Part shown: positions 56,725 to 64,000 of the stretch, in pieces
Numbering within the stretch: the stretch's first letter is position 1
Layout: every line of letters starts with the position of its first letter
Origin: Burkholderiales bacterium Ga0077544
GTDB taxonomy: Bacteria; Pseudomonadota; Gammaproteobacteria; Burkholderiales; Burkholderiaceae_D
NCBI GenBank assembly: GCA_001464355.1
Contig: LNEU01000024.1
Coordinates: 49,063 to 113,062, forward strand
Direction: 5' to 3'
DNA: 64,000 nt
Notes under the pieces: model-generated
What the model was told of the DNA's origin: nothing
What the model saw: the letters and a program-made list of their open reading frames with translations, nothing else
Database searches by the model: none
Program-made: the position numbers and the translations under genes

Positions 56725-58743
56725 TTAACTCGACGTGCTATTGGCAGAGATCGATGCGAGTTGCTGGGTCAGATAAGTCTGGGTTCTTTGCATACTCGCG
56801 ATCATTGAATCCAAGGCTGAGAACTGTTTACGATAACGTTTCTCGATCTCGACCAGCCGTAATTTGAATGCGTCGGCATCGTCGGTAATGCGCTCAATGC
56901 TGCTATTCAGACTTTTTGTGCTTCCAGTAATCAAGCCTTCAGCACCGATGAATTGATCGGTTAATTTACTCAAGCGGTCGGCGTAGCCTTGTGAGAAATC
57001 GATACGACCGCGACTGCCTAAAGTACCGCCGACGATTTCTATTTTTAGTCCGAGAGCATCAGACCCTCTGCCTGCGCTAAGGGTTTGACCTGAGCCGGTA
57101 CCGGCAACGCCGCCGATCGTGCCTTCAACGTCAACGCCATCCGTGCCCGTGGATACTGTTCCCATCAAGGTAGACGCAGGGGTTCCACTATCCGAGTTGA
57201 CGATAATCTTGGAGGCGGAGCCGTAGCGATCCGATTGCAAGTTTAAAAAGCCGTTGCTGTCGATAGTCGCTGTGACCTTGGAGCCGGCTGCCGAGATTTC
57301 GGACGCACCATTGATAGCCGATTGGACCAGTGCCGCAAGCTGCGCTGATGTATAGCTGCCTTCGGTCAGTGCAATTTTGGCGGCGACGCCGTCAATGGTG
57401 ACGCTGAGTTTTGTGTTTGGTGCAATGATGGTCGGCGCGGCATTCAGGTCAACGTCACCTGTGACATTGCCGCGTGTCGCCAGTTTCGTGACGGTGATGT
57501 CGTAGCTGCCCGCCTTGGTGGCCGAGGTAGAACTGGTGAAGTTGATCAAGCTATCTGTGGTCTTGCCGACGGTAGCAAACAGACCGGCGATATCGCCATA
57601 GTTGGTGTCCATTGCTTTTTTCAGCTTGACGGAATCCACCGCCAGCGTGCCATCTTTTTGAAAGGCGACGCCAATCTGAGGCAGCGACATATTGCTGTTG
57701 CTGAGGCCTGACAAAGCAGAGGACAAGGTATTGCGAATCTGGTCCTGGATTGTGCGTGCTGTTGAATCACCCACCAGCAAGCCACCGGTTTTTGTTTCAG
57801 CGTTATAGCCGGTGAGACTTTTCAAGGTCTTGTTAAGGTCGTTATATGCTTTGACAAAGCTATTGACGGCGGTTTCTACCGCAGCGGTGTCTTTTGCAAT
57901 CGTCATCGAAGTGGTGCCAGTTTTGATGACGTTCAAGGTCACGCCTTGAACTGCTTCTTTGACTTCATTGGTTGGGCTGTTTACAAAAAAGCCATTGACT
58001 GTCAACTGCGTGTTTTGCGCGACGCTAGTTTGTTTCAATGTCTGTGTGCCAGCGGGGTCATATTCCAGCAAAGTTTGCAATGCTGCATCGCCGCTGACAT
58101 CGATTTTCATACTGGACTCGATGCCGGTTTGATTCGACGTGAAAATCAAGTGATCTGGTGTTGCGCTGCCGTCAGAAACCAGAGTCGCCGTGATGCCGAT
58201 ATTCGCGGCGTTGACCGCATCGCGTATCCCTTGCAGCGAGTTATCGCCATTCTTGATAACGACTGTGCCGGTTTTCTGCTTTGCATCTTGGGTAAAAGTC
58301 GCGCCGGTATAAGCGCCATTCGTGAGTGTGCCGCCACTGATAGTGCCGAACTGGAAGGTCAAGGTCGTGTCAGCGCCGCTGCCGATTAGCGCGGTCTTGC
58401 TGGTTTGGCCGGCAGACGAAATGCTGTGTGCCTGCGCCATCTGTGTAACGTTGACTTGATAGGTGCCGGAGGCTGCCTTGCTGGTGGCGGTCGCGGTAAA
58501 GATCGTTTTGTCGGCAATCGATGTTTGCAGGTTTTCGAAGGTCGAGCTTTTGCCCAATGCTGCCATTGCAGTCTGAAATGTGGCGAGCGCACCGCTGAGA
58601 TTGCCGTAAGCAGAAAGCTTGGCCTGGTAGCTGGCTTCTTTCCTGGCCATCAAGGTCAGTGGCTGGCTTTCAGCCGCCATGATGTTGGTCAATAATTCGT
58701 CGAGGGGTAGACCGGAGCCAACGCCGATAGATGAAACGGCCAT
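56725..58743 (-). CDS. fliD: flagellar filament capping protein FliD
   Basis: 672 aa with N-terminal GVGSGLPLDELL and C-terminal FliD_C coiled-coil motifs (RYRKQFSALDSMIASMQ). Confidence 0.93.
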   Translation of the reverse strand: MAVSSIGVGSGLPLDELLTNIMAAESQPLTLMARKEASYQAKLSAYGNLSGALATFQTAMAALGKSSTFENLQTSIADKTIFTATATSKAASGTYQVNVTQMAQAHSISSAGQTSKTALIGSGADTTLTFQFGTISGGTLTNGAYTGATFTQDAKQKTGTVVIKNGDNSLQGIRDAVNAANIGITATLVSDGSATPDHLIFTSNQTGIESSMKIDVSGDAALQTLLEYDPAGTQTLKQTSVAQNTQLTVNGFFVNSPTNEVKEAVQGVTLNVIKTGTTSMTIAKDTAAVETAVNSFVKAYNDLNKTLKSLTGYNAETKTGGLLVGDSTARTIQDQIRNTLSSALSGLSNSNMSLPQIGVAFQKDGTLAVDSVKLKKAMDTNYGDIAGLFATVGKTTDSLINFTSSTSATKAGSYDITVTKLATRGNVTGDVDLNAAPTIIAPNTKLSVTIDGVAAKIALTEGSYTSAQLAALVQSAINGASEISAAGSKVTATIDSNGFLNLQSDRYGSASKIIVNSDSGTPASTLMGTVSTGTDGVDVEGTIGGVAGTGSGQTLSAGRGSDALGLKIEIVGGTLGSRGRIDFSQGYADRLSKLTDQFIGAEGLITGSTKSLNSSIERITDDADAFKLRLVEIEKRYRKQFSALDSMIASMQRTQTYLTQQLASISANSTSS

Positions 58744-58839
58744 TTGCTTCTCCTGCTAGAGAAAAACCATACTATAAACGGCAACTGAAGACGGCAAGCG
58801 AAGGTTAGAAGGAGATTTACCTTCCTGTTTAAAACAAGT

Positions 58840-59214
58840 TCAGGCTTTTTGCCTAACCAGTAAACCCTGCAACTTGTCCAGCGCCTTGGAGATTTCGATT
58901 GCTTCCACGGATGGCATCTGACGAATGATTTCTTGCGTCTGTGTATCCATGACTTTAACGATGGTGCGATTGCTGTCGGCGTCTACCGTAAATTCCAGGT
59001 TCGACGATAACTTTTGCAATGCCTTGTTGATACTTTGCAATGCTTGTCCGACCTGGTTTTGTGCTGCTGCAGCGTCAGGTTGCTGAACTGCACTTGCCGT
59101 CATCACGGTTGCCGGTTTATCTTTTGCTACTGAATTTACTGTGCCCGTGGCTGGTATCGATTGATCGACTCTTGCAGTCGCTTTGGTGGCACTACCTACT
59201 TGTCCGATATCCAT
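58840..59214 (-). CDS. flaG: flagellar protein FlaG
   Basis: 124 aa. The FlaG family C-terminus LEFTVDADSNRTIVKVMDTQTQEIIRQMPSVEAIEISKAL. Confidence 0.85.
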   Translation of the reverse strand: MDIGQVGSATKATARVDQSIPATGTVNSVAKDKPATVMTASAVQQPDAAAAQNQVGQALQSINKALQKLSSNLEFTVDADSNRTIVKVMDTQTQEIIRQMPSVEAIEISKALDKLQGLLVRQKA

Positions 59215-59235
59215 GATTTACTCCCATTGTGACAA

Positions 59236-59265
59236 TTCCCCGGCTACTGAATTGCAGCCGGGGAA
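59236..59265 (-). terminator. GC-rich hairpin between fliC and flaG (terminator or attenuator)
   Basis: TTCCCCGGCT-10 nt-AGCCGGGGAA, a 10-bp stem. On the mRNA strand it is followed by UUGUCAC, a weak U-tract. Confidence 0.5.
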
Positions 59266-59293
59266 CCGTTCCTTACCGTACAGCTGCTAGTGA

Positions 59294-60847
59294 TTAGCCG
59301 CGCAACAGAGCGAGTACGCCGTTTGGCAGGGCATTTGCCTGAGCCAACATTGCGGTACCAGCTTGTTGCAGGATCTGACCACGTGTCAGACTGGCTGTTT
59401 CCGAAGCAAAATCAGCGTCCAGAATACGGCTACGCGCTGCACTCAAGTTCTCGCTGGTGGTACTCAGGTTGGCAACAACCGATGTGAAGCGGTTTTGCAG
59501 CGCACCGAGTGATGCACGTGATGAGCTCAGGTTAGCCAGAGCGGAGTCGATGATCTGCAATGCACTGTTTGCACCCGATGGCACACCATTGGTCAAACTT
59601 GTAATGTCGATCGAAGCAACAGATTGCAACGAGCTTGAGATGGCGGTGGTTGCATCCAAAATGCCAACACCACTGGCAGTTGCTGTAAAGGACGAAGGGG
59701 ATGCGAAACTAACGCGACCACCGACAGTAGCGGAGCCACCAGCCGCGGCAGTTGCTGCCAACGTTATTACTGATGGGCCTGTGCCGCCGTCTGCAACTGA
59801 GGCACCAGTTACGGTAACGCCCGTTGCACCTGAAGCAGCGGCGTTCAAGTTGACGACACCGATGTCATAGCCTTGTGCTTGCGTCAATTCGATTTTGCCA
59901 TTTGTCAGATCGGCCACAGCAGTAATACCTGTAGTACCCGCTTGATCGTTAATAGCTTTTGCCAAAGCTGACATATCTTTGGAGTTATTGACTTGTGCGC
60001 TAACGGTAATTGGGTTTGCCGCACCTGCCGCTGTCTTTGCACCTTGCAAAATGAACGATACAGTACCTGCATTGGCGAAGTTGCCGAGGGTCGCTGTGGT
60101 TGTAGCAGTTGCCGTCACGCCGGTTGCACCACTAGCGGAATTTACTTGTGATGCAATATCAACGGCTTGAGCGCCAGCAGCAATTGAAATCGCGCCACTT
60201 GAAGCGCCTTTACCTTGAATGGTTAAAGTTTGATTGGCAACGCTGTTAACAATAATGTCCGTAGCCGTACCTGTAGTGCCTGTACCCACTTTAGCATCGA
60301 CCATTGTACCAACGGATGTTTTAGCGATGGAATTGTTGCCGATCGCCGAAGCTTGTGCGCTACCGATAGAGAAGTTGATTGTTTGATTAGCATTCGCGCC
60401 GACTTGGAACTGTGCGTTACTCAGCGAACCGTCCAAAATGTTTTGACCGTTGAACTGGGTAGTGTTGGCGACGCGGTTCAACTCTTGTTGCAGTTGACTG
60501 ACTTCTTCTTGCAGCGAAGCGCGGTCAGATGCAGAGTTGGTGCCGTTGGCGGATTGAACAGCCAGGGTACGCATACGTTGCAACAGATCGGTTGCTGTGC
60601 CCAAGCCGCCTTCAGCGGTTTGTGCCATCGAGATACCGTCGTTTGCATTTTGAGCTGCACGAGTCAGGCCGTTGATCTGGCTGGTCATACGGTCGGAAAT
60701 TGCCAAGCCTGCAGCGTCATCTTTTGCGCTGTTGATACGCAAACCTGACGACAAACGTTGCAGCGATGTTGCGAGTGAAGACTGGGATGCCGTCAGATTG
60801 CGTTGTGCATTCAGCGACGAGGTGTTGGTGTTAATGACTGCTGCCAT
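59294..60847 (-). CDS. fliC: flagellin
   Basis: 517 aa with conserved D0/D1 termini (MAAVINTNTSSLNAQRNL...; ...ILQQAGTAMLAQANALPNGVLALLRG) and an Ala/Thr/Gly-rich variable centre. Confidence 0.95.
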   Translation of the reverse strand: MAAVINTNTSSLNAQRNLTASQSSLATSLQRLSSGLRINSAKDDAAGLAISDRMTSQINGLTRAAQNANDGISMAQTAEGGLGTATDLLQRMRTLAVQSANGTNSASDRASLQEEVSQLQQELNRVANTTQFNGQNILDGSLSNAQFQVGANANQTINFSIGSAQASAIGNNSIAKTSVGTMVDAKVGTGTTGTATDIIVNSVANQTLTIQGKGASSGAISIAAGAQAVDIASQVNSASGATGVTATATTTATLGNFANAGTVSFILQGAKTAAGAANPITVSAQVNNSKDMSALAKAINDQAGTTGITAVADLTNGKIELTQAQGYDIGVVNLNAAASGATGVTVTGASVADGGTGPSVITLAATAAAGGSATVGGRVSFASPSSFTATASGVGILDATTAISSSLQSVASIDITSLTNGVPSGANSALQIIDSALANLSSSRASLGALQNRFTSVVANLSTTSENLSAARSRILDADFASETASLTRGQILQQAGTAMLAQANALPNGVLALLRG

Positions 60848-60941
60848 GATGATTCTCCTGTTGTAGTCCGATGGAAGTCCGGCTGAAGCACTATCAACGT
60901 CTGTCTTGCGTTATTTCGCATAGTAAGCGTCGTTGTAAGTT

Positions 60942-60968
60942 TTATCGGACGATTCCGGAAAAAGTTTA
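60942..60968 (-). promoter_or_regulatory. sigma-28 (FliA) promoter of fliC
   Basis: The minus strand reads TAAACTTT-N11-TCCGATAA against TAAAGTTT-N11-GCCGATAA. Implies a leader of roughly 85-90 nt. Confidence 0.7.
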
Positions 60969-60997
60969 GTGCTACAACAAAACTAAATTTTTTCCGG
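60955..60997. repeat. inverted repeat with 16-nt arms overlapping the fliC promoter -35 element
   Basis: CCGGAAAAAGTTTAGT-gctacaacaaa-ACTAAATTTTTTCCGG. 15 of 16 positions are complementary and the sixteenth is G:T. Confidence 0.85.
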
Positions 60998-61349
60998 TCT
61001 CACCCAAACTGCAGCCAGATAGTTTCTTTCACGGTTGCTTTGCGGAAAACCTTTAAGGAATTTTCTTGAAATTTAAAACAAATAAAAAGTGTTTTTGCCC
61101 TTTATTTTTCTTATTTCCTGTCGTGTAAGGCACTTGTCAAAATAATCATTTCTGACGTATTTCACTGCTAAAACACAATGTAAAAAATTGTCAGAAAAAG
61201 CGATTTGCTTGGGAGAAGATGGGAGGAAATACAATTTCCCTCATCAAAAGAAAAATATTGAGAGGGGAAATAAGCAGGTTTGTTGGTCTGATCGGGCAGT
61301 TTTCTGCTCTTTTTCTGCTTTCTAATAGCGAGAAAATTTTTGTAAAAGC

Positions 61350-62918
61350 TTAAGTTGCAGCGACGACGCGATTTTTGCCTGTCCTTTTTGCTTCATACAA
61401 GGCGGTATCGGCGCGCGTAATCATGGATTGCTGGTCTTCTTGTTCTTTTCGCAAGGCGACGCCAGCGCTGAACGTCATCAGCAGGCGAGTGTGATTGTGC
61501 ATAAAGATTTGCTTGGTCAGTTCGCGCTGCAGGCGGGTAATAGTCTGAATGGCCTCTTCCAGCGGGGTGTCGGGTAAAACAATCAGGAACTCTTCGCCAC
61601 CGAAGCGGGCGATGATATCCATCGTGCGTAGAGTTTCCTTGATCACGCGTACCAAATGGATCAGAGCCTCGTCACCAGCCGTGTGACCATAATTGTCATT
61701 GATCTTTTTAAAATCATCCAGATCAAGCATGGCAATACACAACGGTGAGCCGCGGCGTGCGGAGCGGGCCAACTCACGTTCGAATACATCTTCCAGACCA
61801 CGACGGTTGAGGCTGCCTGTCAATTGATCTTCGCGCACCAGTTCACTCATCTGTTCCAGCTTGGTTTCAAGATTGTGGATGCGTGTTTCTGCATCTTCAA
61901 CATCCTTGCGTGCAGCCAGAATGGCATCGCGTGAGCGCAGCGCTTCAGTTTGGGCGAGGCGCGTTTCTTTCATCACCTCATCGAGGATCTTGCCCAGTTT
62001 GCCGACATCTGCAGTGGCGCTGATTTGTTTGGAATAGCCGTCTATTTTCTTGTGATAGTTGCCGGTGGTCGTGGCAATCTCACCCAGGCGGTCAATGAAC
62101 GTAACCATCATGTTTTTGACAGTGGTTTTTGCATCGACCAGACTGTGTTTCAAGGCGCTCTGTTTGTAGATCACTTCTTTGAGGCTGCGCATCACTTCTT
62201 TCAGCGCAATATCGTCAATCGGTCCGGTGATCAGATTCTGTACCGCTTCGATTTGTCCGTGCATCCATGAATCGTCATCCAGCAAACCGCCGACATTTTC
62301 AAGCAATAAATTGAATAGGCGCAGCAGCAATTCATGCTGTTCTGCCATGTCGCCGCTCTTCAATTCGATTTTGAAGCAGAGTTGCTTCAAGCGGGTCGAT
62401 GCTTCTTGCAGTGCCTGTTCTGTTTGTGCGTCCTTGATGGAGCGACCCAATACTTCGGCTTCTTCAGCTAGTGCTGGCACGCCTTGCAGCAGGGAGGCGA
62501 CGGCGAGTGTTAGCGTGCGCGTCAGCAAATCGCGCAAGAGTGCAGGTTGCTGATCGTCGATTAATGAAGATCCGCCGATATTCGCAACGCTGCTTGTATT
62601 GCTACGTGCTGCAAGTTGCGTTTGGTAATGCTTGACGAGTTCTGTTAGTCCCTTGCCGTAATCAGGCCAGTAAGGCGTCGCCGCTGCGACCTGCAGCGCT
62701 TTGCCTATAGGGGCAACACCATCGGGTGCCGTGATCAGAGTGCCGGCAAAACTGCCGAGAATATCTTCTGGCGTTGGCTCTTGTGCGTAACCGGCGATCT
62801 CGTCGTAAATCTTGCGGTAGGCATCAGGCGTTGGAGCGATTTTGCGTATGGCAAGTTGGCGAAATGCTTCGCGTGCAAGTTCTGCGGGGTTTTTTGGATT
62901 ACCTGGATTGTCTGGCAT
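61350..62918 (-). CDS. diguanylate cyclase (GGDEF domain) with uncharacterised helical N-terminal region
   Basis: 522 aa. C-terminal GGDEF domain with a GGEEF active site and an RxxD I-site (RTMD) five residues upstream. About 340 aa of N-terminal sequence has no obvious TM segment or known sensor motif. Confidence 0.9.
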   Translation of the reverse strand: MPDNPGNPKNPAELAREAFRQLAIRKIAPTPDAYRKIYDEIAGYAQEPTPEDILGSFAGTLITAPDGVAPIGKALQVAAATPYWPDYGKGLTELVKHYQTQLAARSNTSSVANIGGSSLIDDQQPALLRDLLTRTLTLAVASLLQGVPALAEEAEVLGRSIKDAQTEQALQEASTRLKQLCFKIELKSGDMAEQHELLLRLFNLLLENVGGLLDDDSWMHGQIEAVQNLITGPIDDIALKEVMRSLKEVIYKQSALKHSLVDAKTTVKNMMVTFIDRLGEIATTTGNYHKKIDGYSKQISATADVGKLGKILDEVMKETRLAQTEALRSRDAILAARKDVEDAETRIHNLETKLEQMSELVREDQLTGSLNRRGLEDVFERELARSARRGSPLCIAMLDLDDFKKINDNYGHTAGDEALIHLVRVIKETLRTMDIIARFGGEEFLIVLPDTPLEEAIQTITRLQRELTKQIFMHNHTRLLMTFSAGVALRKEQEDQQSMITRADTALYEAKRTGKNRVVAAT

Positions 62919-63095
62919 GACTGCACGGGCGCTTTATTGTTAGATGGTCGGAGATCGGCCTATTTCGAATAATAGGGCAATGCAGCCAGATCTGATAATT
63001 GAATTAGCGCAGCAAATGGTTGTTAGTTTGATGTTTTGTTATTGCCTGAACAAGAAATGCAAATTAAGCAAGTCCGCATCCTATGTCGATACTAA

Positions 63096-63743
63096 TCAGT
63101 CAACCAGATGGTTTTTGATCGCGTAATGCGTCAACTCTGCATTGTGACGAAGTTTCATTTTTTGCAACAGACGTGAACGATACATGCTGATTGTTTTTAC
63201 CGATAAAACCAGTTCAGCCGCAATATCGCTGACTGTTTTACCGGAGGCAATCATGGTTAGCGTTTGATATTCGCGATCCGACAATGTTTCATGCAAAGGC
63301 GCTTCGTGATTGTCATTGATCTGATTGGCCAATTCTTGCGCCAGTGCTGCACTAATGTATTTGCGTCCTGCGGCAACTTGGCGAATCGCATTGACCAATT
63401 CGGCGGGTGCACTTTGCTTGTTTAAATAGCCGGACGCGCCTGCCTTCAGCGAGCGAATCGCATATTGATCTTCCCTGTGCATCGATAGCATGAGAATTGC
63501 GATGCCGGGCGTTTCCTTTTTGACTTGCTTGAGCACTTCGATGCCGCTGCGGTCAGGCATGGAAATATCCAGCAGCAGAACATCGCATGCGCCTTCACGA
63601 GATAACTTGATGGCTTCATTGCCGTTTTCTGCGTGGCCGGCTACAACGATATCCTTGGTGTCGGCCAAAATCTGCTTCAGGCCTTCGCGTACGATCGCGT
63701 GATCGTCGGCAATCAGGACTTTTATTATGTTCTTGGTTGTCAT
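63096..63743 (-). CDS. NarL/FixJ-family response regulator
   Basis: 215 aa with a receiver domain (VLIADDH..LLLDISMPD) and a LuxR-type HTH (LSDREYQTLTMIASGKTVSDIAAELVLSVKTISMYRSRLL). Confidence 0.9.
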   Translation of the reverse strand: MTTKNIIKVLIADDHAIVREGLKQILADTKDIVVAGHAENGNEAIKLSREGACDVLLLDISMPDRSGIEVLKQVKKETPGIAILMLSMHREDQYAIRSLKAGASGYLNKQSAPAELVNAIRQVAAGRKYISAALAQELANQINDNHEAPLHETLSDREYQTLTMIASGKTVSDIAAELVLSVKTISMYRSRLLQKMKLRHNAELTHYAIKNHLVD

Positions 63744-63873
63744 TATTCTGCTTTATAGAATCTGCGTGGTGTCAGATGCCAGCTTGCTGTTCTTATAAAA
63801 AATGTGACAAATTTTGGATTCGTACAATTGCGAATAGGCAAATTCGGTCAGGTATTTTCCAATTTTATCCGTT

Positions 63874-64000
63874 TTAAAGCTGATTTTTCCCTGCGGCAAG
63901 AGGTAACGATAACAGCGGAACGTTTATAGCAACGATTGTGCCACCTTTGGATGCTGTGCTGACAGTCAGACTGCCGCCCATCGCAATCGATCTCTCCACC
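63874..64000 (-). CDS. sensor histidine kinase, C-terminal fragment (5' part lies outside the window)
   Basis: The minus strand reads VERSIAMGGSLTVSTASKGGTIVAINVPLLSLPLAAGKNQL-stop, which is like the end of an HATPase_c domain. Located upstream of the NarL-type regulator. Confidence 0.55.
   Translation of the reverse strand, partial: VERSIAMGGSLTVSTASKGGTIVAINVPLLSLPLAAGKNQL

Noticed and set aside
1-64000. CRISPR arrays, IS elements or transposases, integrases, phage genes, restriction-modification or other defence islands
   Set aside because: None was seen. The only repeats are the tRNA-Gly duplication and short promoter or terminator symmetries, and every long ORF has a housekeeping, flagellar or signalling assignment.

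Overview
The window reads as a chromosomal segment of a betaproteobacterium, Burkholderiales/Oxalobacteraceae-like. That assignment is inferred from protein similarity and gene order only and was not verified by any search. Positions 1-29200 carry housekeeping genes: pdxJ' (3' fragment), acpS, nagZ, uvrC, pgsA, a tRNA cluster Gly-Gly-Cys-Leu, small metabolic genes, yaaA, bamD, rluD, pgeF, phaC, phaR, rimO, metC, serB, mfd, ispDF and ompR/envZ. Positions 29269-60847 are one large flagellar structural cluster: flgNMA, flgBCDEFGHIJKL, fliRQPONML, fliKJIHGF, fliE, a ycgR-like gene, an flhB-C-like gene, a fliK-like gene, fliTSD, flaG and fliC. A GGDEF diguanylate cyclase and a NarL-type two-component pair follow it. 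Three good sigma-28 promoters can be read directly, upstream of flgMN, flgKL and fliC, along with several intrinsic terminators. I found no CRISPR array, IS element, integrase, prophage or recognisable defence island, and I cannot point to a clear-cut new system. The most interesting items are: (1) a tightly coupled second FliK-like protein plus a free-standing FlhB C-terminal-subdomain mimic inside the late flagellar operon; (2) an encapsulated-ferritin-like gene with no encapsulin shell gene and apparently no targeting peptide; (3) a 16-bp-arm inverted repeat lying over the -35 element of the fliC sigma-28 promoter; (4) a tRNA-Leu whose CCA end is 5 nt from the start codon of the next CDS; (5) c-di-GMP components (YcgR-like PilZ, GGDEF) bracketing the filament operon. 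All product calls come from reading the translated ORFs and recalling family motifs. No database was searched.
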